Shown: positions 56,651-64,000 of the stretch, one piece after another
How positions within the stretch are numbered: position 1 is the first letter of the stretch
Layout of the letters: every line of letters starts with the position of its first letter
Assembly (NCBI GenBank): GCA_039926025.1
Contig: JBDSXV010000089.1
Span: 21,578 to 85,577 of the forward strand
DNA from: Dokdonella sp.
Lineage (GTDB): Bacteria > Pseudomonadota > Gammaproteobacteria > Xanthomonadales > Rhodanobacteraceae
DNA length: 64,000 bases
Direction of reading: 5' to 3'
Notes under the pieces: generated by a model
Database searches by the model: none
What the model was told of the DNA's origin: nothing
What the model saw: the letters and a program-made list of their open reading frames with translations, nothing else
Position numbers and translations under genes: made by a program

Positions 56651-56781
56651 AGCCGGGATTCGGGATTCGGGATTCGAAACAAACACAATCGCAGTACCGG
56701 GAACGAGAATGGAGAACGCGAATCGCTGACGGCATTGCTTGCTGTTGACGAATCCCGACTCCCGAATCTCGAATCCCGGCT
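56651..56781. repeat. Imperfect inverted repeat built from GGGATTC heptamers in the fadB-like/thiolase intergenic spacer (REP-like)
   Basis: The left arm is agccGGGATTCGGGATTCGGGATTCg (56651-56676). The right arm is cGAATCCCGACTCCCGAATCTCGAATCCCggct (56749-56781), with 3 versus 4 heptamers and 2 mismatches. Confidence 0.75.
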
Positions 56782-56794
56782 TTCGGAGAAAGCA

Positions 56795-57991
56795 ATGACC
56801 AAGCAAATCCAGGACGCCTACATCGTCTCCGCCGTGCGCACGCCAGTCGGCAAGGCGCCGCGGGGCGTATTCCGCAATACCCGCCCAGACGATCTGCTCG
56901 CGCACGTTCTGCGAGCGGCGATTGCGAAGGCACCCGGCATCGACCTCGCGAGCATCGGCGACGCGATCATCGGCTGCGCAATGCCCGAAGCCGAGCAGGG
57001 CATGAACGTCGCGCGCATCGGCGTGCTGCTCGCGGGTCTGCCCAATTCGGTACCGGGCGTCACGATCAACCGCTTTTGTTCGTCCGGCGTGCAGGCGATC
57101 GCGATGGCCGCTGATCGAATCCGTCTCGGCGAAGCTGATCTCATGCTGGCGGGGGGCACCGAGAGCATGAGCATGGTGCCGATGATGGGCAACAAGATCG
57201 CCATGAACCCGGCCGCCTTCAGCGACGACAACGTGGCAATCGCCTACGGCATGGGCATCACGGCTGAAAAAGTTGCCGAGCAATGGAAGGTCAGCCGCGA
57301 AGACCAGGATGCATTTGCGCTCGCATCTCACCAGAAAGCGCTTGCGGCCATCGCCGCGGGCGAATTCACTGATGAAATCGCGCCATTTACACTGGCCGAT
57401 CACTATCCGGATCTGGGCGCCCATTCGATTCGCGATGATTTGCGCACGATCTCGATCGATGAAGGTCCGCGCAAGGATTCAAGCCTCGACGGCCTGGCCA
57501 AACTGAAACCTGTGTTCCGCATGGGCGGCAGCGTGACTGCAGGCAATTCTTCACAGATGTCCGATGGCGCGGGCGCCCTGCTCCTCGCCAGCGAACATGC
57601 GATCAAGACCTACGGTCTCACGCCGATCGCGCGTTTCGTCAGCTTTTCGGTCGCCGGCGTACCGCCCGAGATCATGGGCATCGGCCCAATCGCAGCCATT
57701 CCGAAGGCACTTGCCCAAGCCGGATTGAACAAGGATCAGCTCGACTGGATTGAATTGAACGAGGCGTTCGCCGCGCAGTCGCTCGCAGTGATTCGTGAAA
57801 TCGGTCTCGATCCGGGCAAGGTCAATCCGTTGGGCGGCGCGATCGCACTCGGCCACCCGCTCGGCGCGACGGGTGCTATCCGCGCGGCCACGCTGATCCA
57901 TGGCCTGCGTCGTCGCAATCAGAAATACGGCATGGTCACGATGTGTATCGGCACCGGCATGGGTGCGGCGGGAATTTTCGAGGCGCTTTGA
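56795..57991 (+). CDS. acetyl-CoA C-acyltransferase (3-ketoacyl-CoA thiolase)
   Basis: The start is MTKQIQDAYIVSAVRTPVGKA (ATG 56795, GGAGAA upstream). Active-site NRFCSSGVQA, NEAFAAQ, GGAIALGHPLGATG and CIGTGMG. Confidence 0.95.
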   Translation: MTKQIQDAYIVSAVRTPVGKAPRGVFRNTRPDDLLAHVLRAAIAKAPGIDLASIGDAIIGCAMPEAEQGMNVARIGVLLAGLPNSVPGVTINRFCSSGVQAIAMAADRIRLGEADLMLAGGTESMSMVPMMGNKIAMNPAAFSDDNVAIAYGMGITAEKVAEQWKVSREDQDAFALASHQKALAAIAAGEFTDEIAPFTLADHYPDLGAHSIRDDLRTISIDEGPRKDSSLDGLAKLKPVFRMGGSVTAGNSSQMSDGAGALLLASEHAIKTYGLTPIARFVSFSVAGVPPEIMGIGPIAAIPKALAQAGLNKDQLDWIELNEAFAAQSLAVIREIGLDPGKVNPLGGAIALGHPLGATGAIRAATLIHGLRRRNQKYGMVTMCIGTGMGAAGIFEAL

Positions 57992-57999
57992 TCGTGGCT

Positions 58000-58032
58000 G
58001 CTCTCATTCGCGGCGACGCCGCGGGTGAGAGC
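58000..58032 (+). terminator. Strong GC-rich hairpin 9 nt after the thiolase stop (putative terminator, no U-tract)
   Basis: CTCTCATTCGCGGCG-A-CGCCGCGGGTGAGAG gives about 15 pairs including two G-U. It is followed by CCATTGCC, so there is no T run. Confidence 0.45.
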
Positions 58033-58156
58033 CATTGCCTTCGCCGTCAAGACAGCCGAGTACAGTTCGGTAGCGCGCGTTCAATCGCGACTGAGGCCAT
58101 GCCGTGGCGGGTCCTGGCAGAACGCGCGAATAATCGCTGACCTGAAATCGTTTCAC

Positions 58157-59140
58157 TCACGGCTTGGTTGGGACGGCTGCCTGCGCCGCGTGCACAGCGG
58201 AGGCATCGGCAGGCAGCGCGCCTGTACGATCGAGTCCAACCTGCACCCATCCGAGGTTGATGCCGATCCGCGTCGCCTCCGGATTCGCCCACGCGTACGC
58301 GAGCGTGCCGCCGGTGGCGTCGTCGACTACGGACAGTTTCAGCACTGGAACATTGCCTTCGCGATAGGTCAGGCGCTCCAGACCCAGCGAATAACCCGAA
58401 GGTTTTCCGTCGCGCCATGCCAAGGCAGCGCGACTGCCTTCGCTGCCGAGGCGGATCGCCTTGTTCATGTGCCAGTCGTTGCCGCTGCCGGCACCTTGCG
58501 GACCGCTGCCGTTGACGGCGGCCCAGCCGGTATAGGTTTCGACCTTGCGCGCGTCCTCGCGCACATCTGCGCCGCGCGCCTGATCTGCGTACAGGCGCAG
58601 ATGCAGCCACTCGCCTTCACGCTCGATTGACAATGGCAGCAAGGCGGCATCGGGCCCGATGCCTGGAATGATGGCTGCGCAGGCGGCGACATCGGTGGCG
58701 ACGCGCACTGCAGTTGACGTGACGCTGCCGCGCAAGGTGCAGGCAGCGAGCGGCGTCCATTGTTTGGGATCGAATGCAGAACCCGTAGTGGGTGTTGCCA
58801 CGATGGCGCGATGAGGCAAAAGAGACTGTGCCCCGTTGCCGGCATGGCTGCGCTGCAGTGCCCATACGGCGTCGAGCGCAGGAGTCGCATCGTAGTGGAC
58901 ATGCCATACGGACCAATCCGCGTTCGGCGTTTCTTCGAGCACAACGACCACGTGCGGCGCCACGGCAGCAGCCACAACGCCGCGAGCGGACCACACTTGT
59001 TCGTGATTGTCGTACTCACCTGCCAGAAGACGTCCGGACAAGGGGGGCTTTGCGCCCGCCCGCTTCGGCGCAATGTCTTGCAAGGTCTGGCACGCGGCCA
59101 GCGGCAGCAACAGGAACGGCAGCAACAGGGTTCGATTCAT
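58157..59140 (-). CDS. hypothetical lipoprotein with a CpcT/CpeT-like (DUF1001) N-terminal motif
   Basis: The start is MNRTLLLPFLLLPLAAC (lipobox). LAGEYDNHEQVW resembles the GxFSNxxQ signature of the CpcT family. The rest is unassigned. Confidence 0.5.
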   Translation of the reverse strand: MNRTLLLPFLLLPLAACQTLQDIAPKRAGAKPPLSGRLLAGEYDNHEQVWSARGVVAAAVAPHVVVVLEETPNADWSVWHVHYDATPALDAVWALQRSHAGNGAQSLLPHRAIVATPTTGSAFDPKQWTPLAACTLRGSVTSTAVRVATDVAACAAIIPGIGPDAALLPLSIEREGEWLHLRLYADQARGADVREDARKVETYTGWAAVNGSGPQGAGSGNDWHMNKAIRLGSEGSRAALAWRDGKPSGYSLGLERLTYREGNVPVLKLSVVDDATGGTLAYAWANPEATRIGINLGWVQVGLDRTGALPADASAVHAAQAAVPTKP

Positions 59141-59242
59141 TTGCCAAGGATAGCAGCCGCGACCGACGCGGCGATTCGGCGACAGGCGGCGCGCCTTGTC
59201 CGAATTGCGTTCGCTATAGTGCACAGGTCCCGGGGAGGCCGC

Positions 59243-59668
59243 ATGACGACCGAAATCCTGCACGCCGATCGAAAACTGCGCCGTGTGACCGTCATTGTGC
59301 TGGCGATCGCTGTATTGACAGCGTTTGCGCTGCTGTATGTGTATCAAGCATGGCTCACGCAAAAGGCGGCAGGCATGCCGACGACGCAGTTGGTCGAACG
59401 CCTGCGTCATGACATCGGCATTGCCGCCATCGGCAGTGGCTTGTGCCTGCTCCTGCTCGCTGGCTACGCGGGGCTAATGGCCTATCGAGTGAAAAAAGAA
59501 GGGCGTTGGCCGCTTGGTGGGGCGCGCGTCCTGCGCGACACGCCCGTGCGGCGCGGGCAATCCGCGCTGAGGGTCGGGCGCTTGCTCGACATTGCCGCGT
59601 TCGCAATGATCCTGTTTGGCGTCAGCGCCGTGATACTGAGCTGGCGTTTGTTCTCGGCCGCGCACTGA
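59243..59668 (+). CDS. hypothetical membrane protein (141 aa, 3 predicted TM segments)
   Basis: ATG at 59243 after GGGGAGG. MTTEILHADRKLRRVTVIVLAIAVLTAFALLYVY... The upstream part of the ORF-track entry (58760..) overlaps the opposite-strand gene. Confidence 0.5.
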   Translation: MTTEILHADRKLRRVTVIVLAIAVLTAFALLYVYQAWLTQKAAGMPTTQLVERLRHDIGIAAIGSGLCLLLLAGYAGLMAYRVKKEGRWPLGGARVLRDTPVRRGQSALRVGRLLDIAAFAMILFGVSAVILSWRLFSAAH

Positions 59669-59683
59669 GCGGAACAGCGCGTT

Positions 59684-60865
59684 TCATGCGCTGTGCATCG
59701 ACAGCAATTCAAATGCCTGTGCGAGATCGGCGATCAGCGCTTCCGCATCTTCCAGGCCGATCGAAAGGCGCACGAAGTTGAGCGGCACGCCGGTGGCAGG
59801 CTGCAACGGCGCATGCTGCGGGAATACCGCACACACCGGAAACAAGAGCGATTCGTAGCCGCCCCACGACACTGTCATGAGGAAACGCCTGAGTCCGTTG
59901 CAGAAGCGTTCGACGGTGGCGACATCCATCGCATCAATCTCGATGGTGACCAGGCCACTCGCGCCATGCAGCTGGCGCTGGGTCAATCCGAACTGAGGGT
60001 TGTCGCTGGCCTGCGGCGAATACACGTGACGCACGCGCGGATGCGCCTGCAGGAAGGCGATCACCTTCGCAGTTGTCGTGGCGATGCGCTCCATGCGGAT
60101 CGGTAACGTACGCAAACCACGGATCAGCAACCAGGCGTCGTGCGGCGCGAGGATTGCGCCGAGGGTCATGTAGGGGCCGCGGAATATCTCTCGGATCAAG
60201 GTGCTGCTACCGCACAGGACGCCGGCAACGACATCGCTGTGTCCGTTGAGGTATTTCGTCGCGGAATGCGCGACGAGGTCGATGCCAAGCGCGATCGGCG
60301 ACTGGTTCAGCGGCGTTGCATAGCTGTTGTCGCACAAGGTCCGGATGCCGCGTGCTTTCGCCAGCGCAGCGACCGCTGCAAGGTCCTGTTGCTCGAAGGT
60401 CATCGAGTTCGGACTTTCCAGCACGATCAGGCGCGTGAGCGTGGTCAGCGCAGCTTCGAAATTCCCGATGTCGGTACCATCGACGAACGTGGTCGTGACG
60501 CCAAAGCGGCCGAGCAAATCGCACAACACTGCGCGAGTCCAGCTATACGGCTTTGCCACGCAAACGACATGATCGCCGGCCGATACGCTCGCGATCGCAG
60601 CGGCCGACATTGCCGCCGCGCCGCTGCCAAACATCAGGCAGTCCTCGGCCCCTTCGAGCGCCGCAACTTTCTTGCGCAGGATCTCGACCGTGGGATTGTT
60701 GCCGCGCGTATAGACGTGATGGCCGAGTTCATCGCGAAAACCCTCGCGCATCGCAGCTACGGTCGGGAACGCGAAGATCGACGATTGAATGATCGGTGGT
60801 GCGACCGCACCAAAGTATTGCTGGCGGTCTTCACCGAGATGGTTGAGGATCCAGCTCAAGTCCAT
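59684..60865 (-). CDS. Cys/Met-metabolism PLP-dependent enzyme (cystathionine beta-lyase/gamma-synthase family)
   Basis: The start is MDLSWILNHLGED. PLP-lysine motif HSATKYLNGHSD, and YTRGNNPT. Confidence 0.85.
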   Translation of the reverse strand: MDLSWILNHLGEDRQQYFGAVAPPIIQSSIFAFPTVAAMREGFRDELGHHVYTRGNNPTVEILRKKVAALEGAEDCLMFGSGAAAMSAAAIASVSAGDHVVCVAKPYSWTRAVLCDLLGRFGVTTTFVDGTDIGNFEAALTTLTRLIVLESPNSMTFEQQDLAAVAALAKARGIRTLCDNSYATPLNQSPIALGIDLVAHSATKYLNGHSDVVAGVLCGSSTLIREIFRGPYMTLGAILAPHDAWLLIRGLRTLPIRMERIATTTAKVIAFLQAHPRVRHVYSPQASDNPQFGLTQRQLHGASGLVTIEIDAMDVATVERFCNGLRRFLMTVSWGGYESLLFPVCAVFPQHAPLQPATGVPLNFVRLSIGLEDAEALIADLAQAFELLSMHSA

Positions 60866-60882
60866 GGCGGCGCCATATGCCG

Positions 60883-61773
60883 TCAATTGACGAGCGATTT
60901 GATGAAACCGCGCGTGGCTTCCGCCAGCTGCGGATCTTCCAGCGCCATGTGCAAAGTCGCCTTGACCAAGCCGAGCTTGTTGCCACAATCAAAGCGCGTG
61001 CCTTCAAAACGATAGGCCAGTACGGACTGTTCGGCCAGCAGCATCTCGATTGCATCGGTCAGCTGGATTTCACCACCCGCGCCCGGCCTGGTCTTCTCCA
61101 GCAGATCGAAAATTCGCCCCGGCAGAACGTAGCGGCCGACAATCGCGAGATTGGACGGTGCGACTTCGGGCTTGGGCTTCTCGACCACGAGCTTGATCCT
61201 TGCAGCGCGCTCGGAAACGGGCGTTGCATCGACAATGCCGTATTTGTTCGTCTCATCGCGCGGCACTTCCTCGACGGCAATCACGCCGGCGCTTTCGCTC
61301 GCGGCAAGCTCCGCCATCTGGCGCAACGCGCCCGGGCGACCGGATGTCGCAGAGCCGTTCCAGATCAGGTCGTCTGGCAGCACCACGCCGAACGGCTCGT
61401 CGCCAACGACCGGCTTGGCGCAAAGGACGGCGTGACCGAGTCCAAGCGCTTCAGGCTGGGTCACGAATACGCAGCGCACATTCTTTGGCAATGTCCCCTG
61501 CACCATCGCCAGCAGATCGTTCTTGCCCGATTGCGCAAGCTTGGCTTCGAGCTCGTACGCCTTGTCGAAATAGTCGGCGATCGCGTGCTTGTAGCGGTTG
61601 GTCACGAAGATGAGCGTATCCGCGCCGGCGTCGACCGCTTCGTCGACCGCATACTGGATCAGTGGTCGATCAAGTACCGGCAGCATTTCCTTGGCCACTA
61701 CCTTGGTCGCCGGCAAGAAGCGCGTGCCGAGGCCGGCCACAGGGAAGACGACTTTGCGCAGACGCTTGCTCAT
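60883..61773 (-). CDS. galU: UTP--glucose-1-phosphate uridylyltransferase
   Basis: 296 aa. KVVFPVAGLGTRFLPATKVVAKEMLPV and VEKP. Confidence 0.95.
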   Translation of the reverse strand: MSKRLRKVVFPVAGLGTRFLPATKVVAKEMLPVLDRPLIQYAVDEAVDAGADTLIFVTNRYKHAIADYFDKAYELEAKLAQSGKNDLLAMVQGTLPKNVRCVFVTQPEALGLGHAVLCAKPVVGDEPFGVVLPDDLIWNGSATSGRPGALRQMAELAASESAGVIAVEEVPRDETNKYGIVDATPVSERAARIKLVVEKPKPEVAPSNLAIVGRYVLPGRIFDLLEKTRPGAGGEIQLTDAIEMLLAEQSVLAYRFEGTRFDCGNKLGLVKATLHMALEDPQLAEATRGFIKSLVN

Positions 61774-61816
61774 TCAATGCCCTCTGGTAATTCGAAAACA
61801 GTGGTTTGGTAGGTGC

Positions 61817-63700
61817 TCATCGTGGGCCGAACGCAACGACCACGCCCGCTGGCGGGTTCGCAGTTGCCGAGAACTCCGGCAACAAGTGATCGAGGATCCG
61901 TTGCAACACGTCTTCGTCAAAGTCGCGCACGGCAACCTCAGCCTGACGCAATTGAGCAATCAGCAAGCTCCAGGCCATGCTGCGCGGTTGCGCCAGGAAG
62001 ATCTTCGCATGCGTGGTGTCGCTGTAGTTCTCGAGCGGATGGAACAGTTCCTCGAACAACTTCTCGCCCGGACGCAATCCGGTGTAGACAATTGCAATGT
62101 CGCCGTCCTCGTGTTTGCCGGCCAGACGGATCATCTGCTCGGCGAGGTCGCGGATCTTGACCGGCTCGCCCATGTCGAGTGCGAAGATCTCGCCGCCCTG
62201 CCCAAGCACCGATGCCTGCAGGATGAGCTGGCAGGCTTCCGGGATCGTCATGAAATAGCGTGTGATCTCAGGATGCGTGACGGTGACCGGGCCACCCGCT
62301 CGGATCTGCTCGCGAAAGCGCGGAACGACCGAGCCGGCCGAATCGAGCACATTGCCGAAGCGGACCGTGATGAAACGCGTGCTCGAGTGCTGTGCGAAAT
62401 TCTGGCAGAACAATTCGGCGACACGCTTGCATGCACCCATCACGCTCGTTGGATTGACGGCCTTGTCGGTGGAGATCAGCACGAAACTGTCCGCCCCGTG
62501 GCGATCGGCGGCTTCCGCCACGGCACGCGTGCCAATCACGTTGTTGCGAAATGCTTCGCGCACCTGGCCCTGCAGCAACGGGACATGTTTGTACGCCGCT
62601 GCGTGGAACACGACTTCGGGGCGCGCGTTCGCGAACACGCGCTCGCACGTCATCGCGTCGCCGCAGTCGCCGAGCCATGCGTTGAAGAGCAGGTTGGGAT
62701 GGTCACGACGCAATTCCTGTTCGATCGTGTAGAGATTGAATTCGGATAGCTCCAGCACGGTCAGTGACTCAGCGCCGAGCCGCGCAATCTGGCGGCACAA
62801 TTCCGAACCGATCGAGCCACCGCCGCCTGTTACCAGAACACGCTTGCCCGCGAGGCGCGTGCGAATCGCGGTCCAGTCCAGCTGTACTTGTTCGCGTCCG
62901 AGCAGATCTTCGATCGCAACTTCCTTGAGTTCGTTGAAACTGGAACGGCCAGCAACAACGTCTTCCAGCCGCGGAACGGTCCGAAACGGCAGGTCGCAGC
63001 TCTCGCACAAATCGACCGCGCGGCGCATTTGCGACTTGTTTGCGGCCGGCATTGCGATCACCAGCATTTCGGCCGCCGTTTCCCGTGCGAGTTGCGGCAA
63101 CTGGTCGAGCGTGCCGAGCACCGGGATGCCATGCAGACGCGAACCTCGCAGTTGCACGTTATCGTCGAGAAAGCCGACCGGTGCGTAACGGTTTTCGCGG
63201 CGCAGATCGCGAACGAGGGCATCACCGGCCTTGCCGGCGCCGAGCACCAGCACGCGCAGGCTCGGCGTGCGGGTGACGAAGTCGAGACGGCTGTCCTTCC
63301 AGTAGCGATAGAGCAGGCGCGGACCGCCGAGCAGGATCGCCAGCACGAACGGATACACCGCGAGTACAGTGCGCGGCACGGTAGCGAGGCGGTTGTACAG
63401 GAACAGGGTGATCGCTATCGCGAGCGCGCCGAGGAGACATGCGCGGAAGATGTTCCAGATATCCGGCACGCTGGCAAAGCGCCACAGTCCTCGATACAGA
63501 CCGGTCCACCAGAATACAAGACCCTGCGCGGCAAGCACCAGCCACGCCTCGATACCGACCAGAAATACCGGCGCAGGATTGGGCTCCAGCGACCAGCGCA
63601 TCATGCTCACCGCAGTCCATGCGATCCAGACCATGAACATGTCGTGCGCAACGACAGCCAGACGCGGATGGATGACCGCGATCGCCTTACGCAACAGCAT
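61817..63700 (-). CDS. membrane-anchored polysaccharide biosynthesis NDP-sugar 4,6-dehydratase/epimerase (CapD/WbpM/PglF family)
   Basis: 627 aa. Four N-terminal TM segments and two Rossmann regions (VLVLGAGKAG; VLVTGGGGSIGSEL). Confidence 0.9.
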   Translation of the reverse strand: MLLRKAIAVIHPRLAVVAHDMFMVWIAWTAVSMMRWSLEPNPAPVFLVGIEAWLVLAAQGLVFWWTGLYRGLWRFASVPDIWNIFRACLLGALAIAITLFLYNRLATVPRTVLAVYPFVLAILLGGPRLLYRYWKDSRLDFVTRTPSLRVLVLGAGKAGDALVRDLRRENRYAPVGFLDDNVQLRGSRLHGIPVLGTLDQLPQLARETAAEMLVIAMPAANKSQMRRAVDLCESCDLPFRTVPRLEDVVAGRSSFNELKEVAIEDLLGREQVQLDWTAIRTRLAGKRVLVTGGGGSIGSELCRQIARLGAESLTVLELSEFNLYTIEQELRRDHPNLLFNAWLGDCGDAMTCERVFANARPEVVFHAAAYKHVPLLQGQVREAFRNNVIGTRAVAEAADRHGADSFVLISTDKAVNPTSVMGACKRVAELFCQNFAQHSSTRFITVRFGNVLDSAGSVVPRFREQIRAGGPVTVTHPEITRYFMTIPEACQLILQASVLGQGGEIFALDMGEPVKIRDLAEQMIRLAGKHEDGDIAIVYTGLRPGEKLFEELFHPLENYSDTTHAKIFLAQPRSMAWSLLIAQLRQAEVAVRDFDEDVLQRILDHLLPEFSATANPPAGVVVAFGPR

Positions 63701-64000
63701 GCTGCCTCCGCATCGCCACCATATTCAGGCAGCGGCGCTTGCCTACCCACCATAAAATGACGGCCATCGAATAGACGGCCGCTGCCGCGCCAATGCCGGT
63801 CGACGGCCCAGCAGCGCTGGATTGGTCTGCCAGTGCGGGGGAGCGATTCATCCAATAGACGACAGGCAACACGATCAACAGATTCCAGCCCATGTAAAGC
63901 GCGACGACACGCGCGTGCGAATACCCGCAACGTACCAGCCACTGGTACAGGTGCTCGCGGTGCGCACTATACCAACGGCGACCGCCGAGCATGCGCGAGA
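63687..64000 (-). CDS. glycosyltransferase family 4 (WecA/WbpL-like polyprenyl-phosphate sugar-1-phosphate transferase), C-terminal part. Partial; continues past the right edge.
   Basis: The open frame runs to position 64000. SAHREHLYQWLVRCGYSHARVV resembles the D-R-x-H-L-H-H-x-L...G-x-S-H block, followed by TM segments. It has a 14-nt overlap with the downstream gene. Confidence 0.6.
   Translation of the reverse strand, partial: SRMLGGRRWYSAHREHLYQWLVRCGYSHARVVALYMGWNLLIVLPVVYWMNRSPALADQSSAAGPSTGIGAAAAVYSMAVILWWVGKRRCLNMVAMRRQHAVA

Overview
The window is a visibly GC-rich segment that looks like a gammaproteobacterial chromosome. A Xanthomonadales/Lysobacterales-type origin is inferred from gene content and repeat types and has not been verified. 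Two parts are distinguishable. Part 1 (about 1-25.6 kb) looks accessory. On the minus strand it holds a fragmented polyketide-type locus: the start of a megasynthase opening with a carrier-protein domain, a divergent cytochrome P450, an ECH1-like crotonase, a ketosynthase whose active-site Cys is replaced by Ser, a free-standing acyltransferase, an aldehyde dehydrogenase, a MATE exporter, a type II thioesterase and an Sfp-type PPTase. This locus is interrupted by a sigma54-type two-component pair and by three decayed transposase relics (two IS5-like, one IS3-like). It is followed by an SGNH hydrolase, a FUSC-like membrane protein, a large secreted protein with two 7-bladed Kelch propellers, a PQQ-type sugar dehydrogenase, and a small island of very short genes (acidic 68-aa protein, SmtA-like Cys/His-rich protein, DUF3309-type peptide). 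Part 2 (about 25.8-64 kb) is mostly core. It contains a CHASE3 kinase/receiver/hybrid kinase operon, tadA-guaA-(small cupin-like ORF)-guaB, truC, a Ser/Thr kinase with TPRs, and a TRAP transporter with a TatT-like lipoprotein. It continues with folD, mobA-moeA-moeB, der-bamB-yfgM / rodZ-pilW-rlmN-ndk, a TetR regulator with fatty-acid oxidation genes, and finally galU and the start of a polysaccharide locus. No rRNA, tRNA or CRISPR was found. The most unusual items are the incomplete, IS-scarred KS-S/ECH/trans-AT locus and a 184-bp element with 31-bp perfect terminal inverted repeats around a phased 16-bp GATC-containing tandem array. All functional calls rest on motif reading of the supplied translations. 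No database search was run.
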